From assembly GCA_965205505.1 (NCBI GenBank), contig CBDBHB010000008.1, positions 32,001-96,000 of the forward strand: a stretch of 64,000 bases of DNA, read 5' to 3'. Position 1 is the first letter of the stretch; every line of letters begins with the position of its first letter. A program made the translations under genes and the position numbers. Below, piece after piece: positions 1 through 9,410 of this stretch. A model generated the notes under the pieces. It ran no database searches, was not told where the DNA came from, and was given only the letters and a program-made list of their open reading frames with translations. Source of the DNA: Acidobacteriota bacterium (lineage in GTDB: Bacteria > Acidobacteriota > UBA890 > WLXD01).

Positions 1-239
1 CTCGCTTGCGGCGCTGACGCACCTGGAGACCGAGAGAAAACTACCGCCTCGTGGCCGCCGAGCCGGAAGGCGCCAACGCTTACTTCCTGCGCAACGACAC
101 GGCGCCCGAGATTCCCGGCGTCGAGGTGGCCCGCACCTTCCGCATGATGGAGCGCCAGAACGCCTTCATGCAGAAGAAGGGCGCGGACGTCTACGACTTC
201 ATCAAGAAGGCCCGACTACCGTTGGATGAGGTCGACTAG
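1..239 (+). CDS. 3' end of FkbM-like methyltransferase-type protein (partial, apparent frameshift near 25-35)
   Basis: SLAALTHL (frame 2) followed by NYRLVAAEPEGANAYFLRND (frame 3) resembles the C-terminal GASL.AL..LA..KGY.LV.....NAFF motif of this family; cut by the window edge. Confidence 0.45.
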
Positions 240-245
240 CCAAAG

Positions 246-368
246 TCATGACCCCATCCAAGCCAGGATCAGGCGGGCACTGATGCCCAACGCCGCGATG
301 GCAAGCCATACCCACGCCGGTGTTCGTTTGTTGTCAGTGTTGTGCGGTGGTTCGGATTCGTTTTCCAT
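246..368 (-). CDS. 40-aa small membrane protein or gene fragment
   Basis: Strong SD (GGAGGTG) before ATG at 368; MENESEPPHNTDNKRTPAWVWLAIAALGISARLILAWMGS with one hydrophobic helix; below the ORF-track cutoff. Confidence 0.4.
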   Translation of the reverse strand: MENESEPPHNTDNKRTPAWVWLAIAALGISARLILAWMGS

Positions 369-381
369 CTTTCACCTCCGC

Positions 382-404
382 TAGTGTCCTGAGTCAGGAC
401 ACTA
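382..404. repeat. 23-bp palindrome made of two MITE-type ends (TAGTGTCCTGA-G-TCAGGACACTA)
   Basis: Perfect inverted repeat; TAGTGTCCTG is identical to the left end of the element at 52198. Confidence 0.6.
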
Positions 405-514
405 ACTGTTCGTTCCGCGGCGCCGTTCCTTTGCGCAACTGGCCCTCGTCCTCGGGCGCCTCTAGTCGGTCGTCACAGTCGGGGTGCACACTGCTTCGGA
501 CACGCACCCGGACG

Positions 515-1114
515 TCAGAGCTCCATTCTGGGAGTGAGCCGTCGGGAAGTAAGCGCCCAGGTTGCAGAGCCGAGACCGCTTCCGAACAGATTGCCCAGGA
601 CGTCGCGCCAGGCGAAGAACCGTCCAGGTAGCAATCCCTGGAGTAACTCGTCCAGCAGAGCCACGCCCGCAATCCATGCGAAGGCAAGAAGAACTCCACG
701 ACCCGTCCGGGTCTCGACCGCCTCGAGAACCAGATATGCAAGTAGCGCATACTGCAGCAGATGGAACCGCTTGGCGGGCAAGGAGTCCTGATAGAAGCTC
801 ACCATCAAGAGGACTCCAACACTGAGAACGACTAGCAGTCCGACGACCCTCGCGCGACGCACAGAGCGCGGCAGGCAGGCCCGGTAACCTGCACATAGAA
901 GCAGTGCCACGCCAACGCCGGCGAACACGACGACGGAGCGCGAGCCGACGTACGGTCCGAGCCTGCTCCAAATGCCGGGGGCCACGGTGAGCGTCGATAG
1001 CAGAACGACGCAGTACAACGCCGCCGCTACCCTCCACCGATAGCGCGTCGGGAACGACCGCAGCCTTGCTGACCGACCCCTCGAGGATGGGTCTCTGGCA
1101 TCGGGTTGACTCAT
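515..1114 (-). CDS. VanZ family membrane protein
   Basis: RFHLLQYALLAYL...LLDELLQGLLPGRFFAWRDVLGN VanZ motifs; several TM helices; start at ATG 1114 is my choice. Confidence 0.75.
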   Translation of the reverse strand: MSQPDARDPSSRGRSARLRSFPTRYRWRVAAALYCVVLLSTLTVAPGIWSRLGPYVGSRSVVVFAGVGVALLLCAGYRACLPRSVRRARVVGLLVVLSVGVLLMVSFYQDSLPAKRFHLLQYALLAYLVLEAVETRTGRGVLLAFAWIAGVALLDELLQGLLPGRFFAWRDVLGNLFGSGLGSATWALTSRRLTPRMEL

Positions 1115-1734
1115 CTCGATCAACCATCCGGTGTAGCAATTGCGAGGATGGTAGCGGCAAGCTCGAAAGGAACTGTGAGACTCCTGCCGGGCAGTAGAAC
1201 GGATGTTCCCCGAATGTCGGGGAGAGTAGCTGAGCGTTCCTCCGCTAGCACGGATGATCGTATCGGTTAGGCGACCTGTTTGTCGGAGCCGCCCGTGATC
1301 TAGCAGGCGTGCTGGAAAAATCTGGTGGGTCTGGCCGAAGGCGACCAGGCTCCTCAGCAACGTCGGCAAATTGAGGATCACGGATGCTCACGGACAGCTC
1401 GCCCATGAACCAGGTGTCGCAGAGAAGTGCACTGGTGGATTTCGTGATCGTCGACGAGTTCTACCAGCACGGCACCGCGGCGTGGACGGCGGACCGCCCG
1501 GAGGAGAACGTCGACGTGCTCCTGGACAACCGCATCCCCGTCGGTTGTCACGCGAGCGTGTGCATGGGTTACTCAGCATCGACACCGAGCAAACTGACCT
1601 CGAAGGGCTCGAAGATATGGGGCCCGGTGGCGACTATCCGGGGCTTGGTATCAGGACTTTGGTGAGGGGCGATCGTTTCAAACTTCACGTTACCGGCGCC
1701 TCAGCCATGCCCCAAAGAAGGGAATAACTAACGA

Positions 1735-3357
1735 ATGAACGGACTTGCCGCAGTTTCGACATTGTTGTGGCTTTCGCTGGCGCTGCCGACGATGAGCCAC
1801 AGTGGCCAGCTGATCGAAGGGCTCGGCGAGGTGAGCTTCCCGACGTCGTGCGCGGCCGAGGTCCAAGGGGCCTTCAACCGCGCCATCGCCTTGCTGCACT
1901 CTTTCGAGTTTGAGGAATCGCGAGGCGTATTCGAGCGCATTGCCGAGCGCGAGCCCGATTGCTCCATGGCTCACTGGGGCGTAGCGACCACCTACTACCA
2001 TCCGCTCTGGGCGCCGCCGACAGAGCGCGACCTGCAGCTCGGGCGGGCCGCAGCGGAAAGGGCACTGGCGCTGCCGGCTCCGGGACGAGAGCGAGCCTAC
2101 GTCGAGGCCATCGCGGCGTTTTATCGCGACTACGAGAGGATCGATCATCGCACCCGGGCACGCTCCTACGAAGCGGCGCTGGCCCTCTTACACGAGAGCA
2201 ATCCGGACGACCAAGAGGCGCAGATCCTCCATATCCTTGCCATCCTGAGCAACGCCGACCCGACCGACAGGACCTACGCCGTACAGCTACGCACGGGGAC
2301 GATGCTCGAGTCATTGTTCGCCCGGCTGCCGAACCATCCCGGGCTGGCTCACTACATCATTCACAGCTACGACTACCCGAGCTTGGCCCACCGCGCCGTC
2401 GAGGCGGCTCACAGCTATCTCGAGATCGCCCCCGCCCTGCCGCACGCGTTGCACATGTCGGCCCACATCTTTACGCAGGAGGGGATGTGGCCCGAATCGA
2501 TCCACGCCAACACGCTGTCGGCCGAGGCGGCTCGCGATCGTGGGCAACGCACCGGCGCCCTGGCCCAGGCGCAGCTGGCTGAAATGCACGCCCTCGACTA
2601 TCTCGTCTATGCCTACCTGCAACGGGGGGAGAACGACAAGGCCCGCGAGATCCTCGAGCACGTCGCCGCACAGGAGGGGCTGAACTGGAGCAACGGAGTG
2701 GTGGCATTCAACGCCGGGGCCGTGCCGGCGCGCTACGCTCTCGAGAGGCACCGCTGGTACGAGGCAGCATCCATTCCTCGTCCTTCACAGGCCGAGGCGG
2801 CGGGAGGCAACTTCGAGACCCGCGCACTGGTCGCCCTCGTTTACTGGGCCCGTGCCGTCGGCGCCGCTCGCAGCGGGCAGATCGATGCGGCCGAGCAGGC
2901 GTTGGCTAGGGTGGAGGAGATCGCCGCCGAGTTGAGTAGCGATGTCAACGTGTGGGCGCGCAATACCGCCGAGGTGCTGCGACTCGAAGCCGCCGCTTGG
3001 CTGGCGCTAGCCAAAGCCGATGGGCAGGCAGCGCTGCGGCTCATGCGCGCGGCCGCCGATGTGGAGGACGAGACCGACAAGAGCAGCGTGAACCCGGGCC
3101 GCGTTCTGCCCGTGCATGAGCAGCTCGCCGACTTGCTGATGGAGTTAGACGGTCCGACGGAAGCTCTACGCGAATACGAGATCTCCTTCGAGCACGCCGG
3201 CCAACGCTTCAACAGCAACTACGGAGCAGCCAAGGCGGCCCGGGCCGCCGGGCAGCCAGAGGTCGCGCGACATTATTATCGGCAGCTCCTACAGCTCACC
3301 GCAAAGGACAGCGCCCGCGCCGAGCTGGACGAAGCGAGAGCTTTTCTGGGGCAGTAG
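1735..3357 (+). CDS. Exported tetratricopeptide-repeat protein
   Basis: Signal peptide; LGEVSFPTSC...AFNRAIALLHSF, HPGLAHYIIHSYD and HALHMSAHIF motifs of a widespread TPR family. Confidence 0.8.
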   Translation: MNGLAAVSTLLWLSLALPTMSHSGQLIEGLGEVSFPTSCAAEVQGAFNRAIALLHSFEFEESRGVFERIAEREPDCSMAHWGVATTYYHPLWAPPTERDLQLGRAAAERALALPAPGRERAYVEAIAAFYRDYERIDHRTRARSYEAALALLHESNPDDQEAQILHILAILSNADPTDRTYAVQLRTGTMLESLFARLPNHPGLAHYIIHSYDYPSLAHRAVEAAHSYLEIAPALPHALHMSAHIFTQEGMWPESIHANTLSAEAARDRGQRTGALAQAQLAEMHALDYLVYAYLQRGENDKAREILEHVAAQEGLNWSNGVVAFNAGAVPARYALERHRWYEAASIPRPSQAEAAGGNFETRALVALVYWARAVGAARSGQIDAAEQALARVEEIAAELSSDVNVWARNTAEVLRLEAAAWLALAKADGQAALRLMRAAADVEDETDKSSVNPGRVLPVHEQLADLLMELDGPTEALREYEISFEHAGQRFNSNYGAAKAARAAGQPEVARHYYRQLLQLTAKDSARAELDEARAFLGQ

Positions 3358-3607
3358 GGCGAGGGCGGCCTCTGTAGCCGGCTCAGGACCGGCGGTGGAC
3401 CCACGCACGCACCTTGTCCACTCGCTCAAGTACTCCCGCGTCGACGTATGTCCTCCCGAATCGCCTCTGGTTCTGGAGACGGCGGGAATGAGCGGGAGGC
3501 GTGGGAGCTCCGGTGAGGAAGTACAGAAAACAGGAGAGGACCACATGAGCAACCTACTCAGGAAACTCACGACGGCACAAAGCGTGCGTGATAACGTGAC
3601 GGGCGTC

Positions 3608-3922
3608 ATGGAGCATACCGCCAGGTTCTTCGTCGGCCAGATCGTCCATCACACGAAGTTCCACTATCGTGGCGTCATCTTCGACGTCGATGCCACGTTT
3701 CAGGGCGCCGACGAGTGGTACGAGATAATGGCGCGGTCTTGCCCCCCGAAGGACAGCCCGTGGTATCACGTGCTCGTTGACGGAGCTGACCACACGACCT
3801 ACGTGGCCGAGCGAAACCTCGAGCCGGACGACGGCGGTCAGCCGATCAGCCACCCGCTGGTGGCCACGCTGTGCGGCGAGTTCCGGGAGGGGCGGTACGC
3901 CATGAGCACCACGCTGCACTGA
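3608..3922 (+). CDS. hspQ: Heat shock protein HspQ (YccV-like domain)
   Basis: FFVGQIVHH..FHYRGVIFDVD...PWYHVLVD...TTYVAERNL. Confidence 0.9.
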   Translation: MEHTARFFVGQIVHHTKFHYRGVIFDVDATFQGADEWYEIMARSCPPKDSPWYHVLVDGADHTTYVAERNLEPDDGGQPISHPLVATLCGEFREGRYAMSTTLH

Positions 3923-3996
3923 CCTGCCCCCCAATAATCGGGCCAGTTTGAGAGTTAGGAATTGAGGCTCTCAGGAAGGCTCGGGAAGGGGGAGAA

Positions 3997-4275
3997 ATGG
4001 CCCGGAAGCGATACACGGTAGAGCAGATCATCGCCAAGCTCAGGGAGGCAGAGATCGAGCTGGCGCAAGGAGCCAAGACGCCACAGGCGTGCCGGAAGCT
4101 GGGCATCAGCGAGAACACGTACTACCGGTGGCGTAAGGAGTACGGCGGGCTGAGGGTGGATCAGGCACGGCGACTCAAGGAGCTGGAGCGCGAGAACGGG
4201 CGGCTCAAGAAGCTGCTGGCGGAGACGATGCTCGACAACGCCATCCTCAAAGAGGTGTCGTCGGGAAACTTCTGA
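3997..4275 (+). CDS. IS3 transposase OrfA (HTH)
   Basis: MARKRYTVEQII..LRE...ACRKLGISENTYYRWRKEYGG...LKELERENGRLKKL. Confidence 0.95.
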   Translation: MARKRYTVEQIIAKLREAEIELAQGAKTPQACRKLGISENTYYRWRKEYGGLRVDQARRLKELERENGRLKKLLAETMLDNAILKEVSSGNF

Positions 4276-4297
4276 GCCCGGCGCGCCGGAGCCGGGC
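4263..4297 (+). promoter_or_regulatory. -1 programmed ribosomal frameshift signal of the IS
   Basis: Slippery G GGA AAC (4263-4269) followed by GCCCGGC...GCCGGGC hairpin (4276-4297) at the orfA/orfB junction. Confidence 0.75.
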
Positions 4298-4298
4298 A

Positions 4299-5156
4299 GT
4301 GCGACACGCACAGCAGTCGCAGGGGGTGTCGGAGAGGCGAGCCTGCCGAGTGCTGGGCCAGGTGCGCTCGACGCAGCAATATCGGCCCAAGGCGCCTGGA
4401 GACGAAACACCGCTGGTGAAGCGAATGACCGAACTGGCGACGCAGTACGGACGCTACGGGTACCGTCGGATCACGGCTCTGATGGAACGCGAAGGGTGGC
4501 GAGTAAACCACAAGAGGATCGAACGGTTATGGCGTCGTGAAGGACTGAAGGTACCGAAAAAGCAGCCCAAGCGCGGACGCTTGTGGCTCAACGATGGATC
4601 GTGCGTGCGGCTGAGGCCGGAAAGGAAAGATCACGTGTGGGCCTATGACTTCGTGCACGAACGAACTCACGACGGGCGAGCGGTTCGTCTGCTGACGATC
4701 GTGGATGAGTACACCAGGGAGTGCTTGGCCATCGATGTGGCGCGCAGGCTCAACTCCGAGAACGTGTTGGATCGACTCGCTGAGCTGTTCGTGAACCGTG
4801 GTGTTTCCGACCACATCCGCTCCGACAACGGACCGGAGTTCACTTCTCGGGTAGTGCGTGGCTGGCTCGAGCGGGTCGGTGTGAAGACGTTGTTCATCGA
4901 GCCCGGCTCGCCGTGGGAAAACGGCTATGTGGAGAGCTTCAACGGCAAGCTACGCGACGAGCTGCTGAACGGGGAGATCTTCTACACGCTCAAGGAGGCG
5001 CAGAGCTTGGTGCAAGCCTGGCGCCGCAAATACAACCAGGTGCGGCCACACAGCTCGTTGGGCTATCGGCCGCCTGCACCGAAAGCGACGTTGTTAAAGC
5101 CGGCTACGCTCCGCTCCGCCGGCTGCAACAACCTCTTGCCAGCACCGATTCTATGA
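4299..5156 (+). CDS. IS3 transposase OrfB (DDE/rve integrase core)
   Basis: YGYRRI, WAYDFV, IRSDNGPEF, PGSPWENGYVESFNGKLRDE, RPHSSLGY. Confidence 0.95.
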   Translation: MRHAQQSQGVSERRACRVLGQVRSTQQYRPKAPGDETPLVKRMTELATQYGRYGYRRITALMEREGWRVNHKRIERLWRREGLKVPKKQPKRGRLWLNDGSCVRLRPERKDHVWAYDFVHERTHDGRAVRLLTIVDEYTRECLAIDVARRLNSENVLDRLAELFVNRGVSDHIRSDNGPEFTSRVVRGWLERVGVKTLFIEPGSPWENGYVESFNGKLRDELLNGEIFYTLKEAQSLVQAWRRKYNQVRPHSSLGYRPPAPKATLLKPATLRSAGCNNLLPAPIL

Positions 5157-5190
5157 GTTACGAAGTGGCCTCAACACTTGGGGCAGGTCA

Positions 5191-7242
5191 GCCCCGAGCC
5201 GGTGGCGGGACGAACTTTCACCGAGGCCGAGGACAGCGTGCCCGGCCGCGACGCGGTGGCGGTGATCAGCTACGGCTTCTGGCAGCGTAACTTCGCCGGT
5301 GAACCCAGCGTGGTGGGGCATGCGTTCCAACTCAACTCGTATCCGTTCACGATCGTTGGCGTTATGCCCGAAGGATTCGGGTTTGCGCGTATCGAACCCA
5401 GCGTCGATCTCTGGGTACCGCTTGCGATGCAGGAGATCGCCCGACCCGGTTCGGGAACCCTCGAGGAACGCGGCAGCGGTTTCCTGGCGGCCTACGGTCG
5501 TCTGCGCCCGGGCGTCAGTCTCGAGCAGGGTAGCGAGGGCATGAACACCATGCACGCGGCGCTAGTCGAGGAGTACCCCAACGCGCTCGAGGGCACGACC
5601 GTTAACCTCGAACCAGCCACACGGTCGTACCTCGGACCCAACTCCGGCGCGGTGGCATCGATCTTCACGGTGCTGATGGGTGTGGTTGGCAGCGTCCTAC
5701 TGATCGCCTGCGCCAACGTCGCCAACTTGATGCTGGCGCGCGGAGCCGATCGACAGAGAGAGATCGGCATCCGGCTGGCGCTCGGCGCCGGGCGGCGGCG
5801 AGTGGTTCGCCAGCTGCTGACCGAGAGCTTGATGCTCGGCCGCCGCCGCCGGCATCGCCGGCGCCGTGTTAGCGGTGTGGATCAGCCGAGCCGTGACTTC
5901 GTTCCAGCCGCCGCTCCCGGTACCCGTCAGCTTCGACATGCCAATTGACTTGAGGGTTCTGGCATTCACCACCATCGTCGCGCTAGCCACCGGCCTGGTC
6001 TTCGGGCTGCTGCCCGCTCTGCGCGTATCGCGCCCGGAGCTAGTCGAAACGCTGAGGGGCGGCGGGCGAGTTACCAGCGGAACGCGCTTGAAGAACACGC
6101 TGGTGGCCGCACAGATCACCATGTCGCTCGCACTGCTCATCGGAGCGGCGCTGTTCCTCAGGAGCCTGCAGAACGCCAGCGCCATCGATGCGGGGTTCGA
6201 TGCCAACAACGTGCTCGTCGCCTCCATGGATCCTTCGCTTCAAGGCTATGGCGACGATGAGGTCGGGGCCTTTTATCGACAGCTGGTCGACTACGTACAG
6301 CAGCTACCAGGGGTTCGCGCGGTATCGCTCGCCGAGATGTTGCCGATGGCCCTGGGCACACAGCAGTGGGGCGCCTCGATCGAAGGCTATGAGCCCACCC
6401 AGGATGAGCGCATGAACCTCGACTATAACTACATCAGCCCAGGGTACTTCGAGAGCATGGGTGTGCCTCTGGTGGCTGGGCGTGAATTCGACTGGGACGA
6501 CGACCTGGCGAGCGCCGGCGCCATCATCATCAACGAGACCATGGCCGAGCGTTTCTTCCCCGGTGAGTCTGCCCTCGGCCGCAGGGTCAGTAGCGGCAAC
6601 ATGGAGCGTCAGATCGTCGGCGTGGTTCGCGACTCGAAGTACTACTCGCTGGGAGAGCAACCGCTGTCGTACATGTATTTCCCGTTCATGCAGTCGAACC
6701 AGTCGGCGCTTTCTCTGCATGTACGCAGCGCTGCCGAGCCGCAAGCCTTGGTCGCCGCGGTGCGCGAAGAAGTCCGGCGGCTCGATGCCGAGCTACCGAT
6801 CTTTGACGTACGCACCATGGAGTCACAGATCGGAATTGCCCTGTTGCCGGCACGACTGACCGCTGGGTTGCTGGGCATTTTTGGATCCTTCGCCCTGTTG
6901 TTGGCCGCCGTAGGGCTCTACGGTGTCATGGCTTATGCCGTTGGTCAGCGAACACGTGAGATCGGCATCCGCATGGCTCTAGGCGCCTCCAGCGGCGACT
7001 TGGTCCGCATGATTCTGCGCCAGACACTGGTTCTGCTCGCCATCGGGCTGAGCGTCGGATTGGTCGCCGGCGCCGGTGTGGGGCGCGCCGCCGAGAGTCT
7101 TCTCTACGGCGTGGACTGGGTCGACAGCACCGCTTTCGGGGGCGCCATCGCGGTCATCACTGTTGCGGTATTGCTCGCCGGCTTCATGCCGGCACGGCGC
7201 GCCTCCCGAGTCGATCCGGTGAACGCGCTGCGTGTCGAGTGA
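5191..7242 (+). pseudogene. ADOP-type duplicated ABC permease (MacB-PCD/FtsX), 5'-truncated by the IS, frameshift near 5840
   Basis: LLIACANVANLMLAR...REIGIRLALGAGR, LAAVGLYGVMAY.V.QRTREIGIRMALGA, PARRASRVDP; begins mid-domain at the IS right end; split over two frames. Confidence 0.85.
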
Positions 7243-7433
7243 GCGCGCGGACCAACGTCCTTCGTAGGCCGGCTTGCCGTTGACGATGCTAAAGACCGTT
7301 CATCATTCGCCACCGCGATGAAACACCGCGCTTGGACGCTTTTGGCTTCTCCAGGGTCAGCGGGCTCGTTATGCTGTGGGTAGTCACGAGCGTGGCAAGT
7401 TCATGTTGAGACAGGGACTGGGACCGCGCAACT

Positions 7434-7468
7434 CGCCGGCCGGCTCGATAGCCAGCCGGCGTTTTTTT
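7434..7468 (+). terminator. Intrinsic terminator
   Basis: CGCCGGC.GGCT-cgat-AGCC.GCCGGCG stem followed by T7. Confidence 0.75.
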
Positions 7469-7758
7469 GCCTGCGGAGCGTGTTCAAGTCGCGTCTCGCT
7501 CGGCGAGCCAAGCGCGCTTCGCAGCGGCGATACCTTCCAGCGTCTCGGTACCCGGTCCGTTCTCATCGCTGGACTCGATCGCCGTCTGCTCAATCGCAAA
7601 TGGCCCGGCTGCTCTCCCGTGGTGAGAGCCGATCTATTCCGCTAGGCTGAGCAGCCTTTGCGGAGCCCGCCCCTTCCCGAACCCGCGACCGGCGATCTGG
7701 AAGGCCGAGGCTGATCGACCATAACCCCGACCACCTACCAAGTCCTGGTGATCGCCCG

Positions 7759-8427
7759 CTAGGCGACGCGACGTCCAGGCGTCGCCATATCAGGGTCATC
7801 AGCGAGACTGAACGCTGCGACGGTAGGCTCCAGGATCGCCAGCAGCGTGTCGAACTCGATGGCGATCACAGAGCTCCAACATTTTGCTCTGTTCGCACGA
7901 CGTACTGTTCCCTGACTGGTAGTGGGGCTGACCCGACCCTTGCTCTCAAGAAGGCGGATGCGGCAACGTGACCCCAGCGGCACATCCGGCTGATCCACAC
8001 GTGCCAACACCCCACTGCGACTTAGATTAAGTGTCACGCCGCGCAAGGCAGGAAGATCGCATTCCGCTACTTCAACGCGGATCGGATAGCAGGCTTCAAA
8101 GCGTGGAAACCGTTCAACGACGAGCCGTGGTGCGATGTCTAGGTGATCGCAGAGCTCCTCGAACCAGGAGCTTTGGAAGAATTCATTCGGGTGTCCATAC
8201 TCAACGACTTTCGTCAAGTGCTTTCGTTGGTGCGAAGAGATCAGCTTCCGATCGTGTATCTCGTGGAGGAAAACACTGTCATCGACAGCCTGCTTGAGAA
8301 CCGCCGTGAAGAGCCTGCGACAGGCGTCCGGATCGTACTCCTGTTGCAGGGAGCGACCTTCCCGAGCGACTCCTTGAACGTCACTCCTCGGCTGCTGTGC
8401 TGCAGGTGTGGCGATTACTCTCGACAT
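7759..8427 (-). CDS. PilZ-domain protein with uncharacterised helical N-terminal domain
   Basis: RFPRF (RxxR) and NLSRSG (NxSxxG) PilZ motifs, C-terminal IAIEF; start uncertain (ORF extends to 8559). Confidence 0.7.
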   Translation of the reverse strand: MSRVIATPAAQQPRSDVQGVAREGRSLQQEYDPDACRRLFTAVLKQAVDDSVFLHEIHDRKLISSHQRKHLTKVVEYGHPNEFFQSSWFEELCDHLDIAPRLVVERFPRFEACYPIRVEVAECDLPALRGVTLNLSRSGVLARVDQPDVPLGSRCRIRLLESKGRVSPTTSQGTVRRANRAKCWSSVIAIEFDTLLAILEPTVAAFSLADDPDMATPGRRVA

Positions 8428-8580
8428 CGTCTTGCACTTCTGCACGAAGCCCCGATATGCCCCGTTGAGGGCGCGCCGCCGACTGTGCCGGATCCTAGTC
8501 GTAACATCAGCGACGCGCCCACCGGGCGTTTCCCTGGTCTGGGCAAGAGGGAGACCCAAATCTATTGCTGAGACTCCGTA

Positions 8581-8680
8581 TGTACTCTATGAAATGTATC
8601 GAACGCATTAGATCAGTTCAACATAGTTTTCATATGTTCAGATAAGTCGAACTGTTCAAATCTAATCAATAGTAACTTCC
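8581..8680. promoter_or_regulatory. AT-rich putative regulatory region with 10-bp phased repeats
   Basis: About 32% GC by hand count; GATCAGTTCA / ACATAGTTTT / CATATGTTCA / GATAAGTCGA at 8611-8650. Confidence 0.45.
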
Positions 8681-8917
8681 AAGGGACGAATAGGGTCACG
8701 AAAGTCGTGTCCTTTCCCTCGAACTGGCCCAAGGCGCCTCAGATCGCCGGCCTACCTGCCAGGGAGCCGGCGTTCCAGCATCTCCGAGGCCATCATCCCA
8801 AGCGGATCAGGCGGGTATCACGGTAATCTGCGCAACGTTCAGCTGACGACTGGTGGCGCCCAACCCATCCATCGCCGAGCGTAAGACCCGGGCAGTGACG
8901 CCTTCTACTACCGCATC

Positions 8918-9217
8918 GTGAACAAGCGCGGCGGCGACCCAGATATCGGTCGCAAGCTGCCGCGCATGTTTCTCGCCGCCGGGGTGAGCGAGGTCGGCCT
9001 GCACGCCGTGCAGCCAATGTCCCTCGTTGGTGAAGCGAAGCACATCAACCCGGTGACGTTGAGTGCCATCGGCCCGGCGGTGCTCGCTGATGGGCTAGCG
9101 ACAGAGGACGAGCTCGCGCAGATCGAGTCAGAGCTCGAGGAGTTCGCCAACGACCCGGCGACTTTGGTCGCAGCGCCGCGCGTGTTCCAGGTCTGGGGAC
9201 GTCGCACAACCGAGTAG
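8918..9217 (+). pseudogene. C-terminal fragment of a class I SAM-dependent methyltransferase
   Basis: GGDPDIGRKLPRMFLAAG...GLAT.DEL...VFQVWGRR; SAM-binding N-terminus absent. Confidence 0.65.
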
Positions 9218-9410
9218 AGGGCGGTTTTCGGCAGATACGGCTGCTTCGGTCGTTGCCGGTGTCGCCTCACTCGTAGGAGTAGGTTCCGCTTGGTACGTAT
9301 GCCCCGGATACGTAGCCCTCCGGTTCTTTACCCTGGCTTTCCCTAGCGACCGACGGGCCCGGTGCTAAGCTCACGACTTCTACCCTAACCACGGTCGCGG
9401 AGCTGTGTTC

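Larger units (their letters stand above)
3920..5190 (+). mobile_element. Complete IS3-family insertion sequence (about 1271 bp)
   Basis: TG...CA ends; imperfect TIRs TGACCTGCCCCCCAATAATCGGGCCA and (reverse complement) TGACCTGCCCCAAGTGTTGAGGCCA; orfA plus orfB. Confidence 0.95.

Noticed and set aside
1384-1665. 93-aa ORF with coding-like codons in its first half
   Set aside because: Probably a gene remnant, but I cannot assign a family or boundaries
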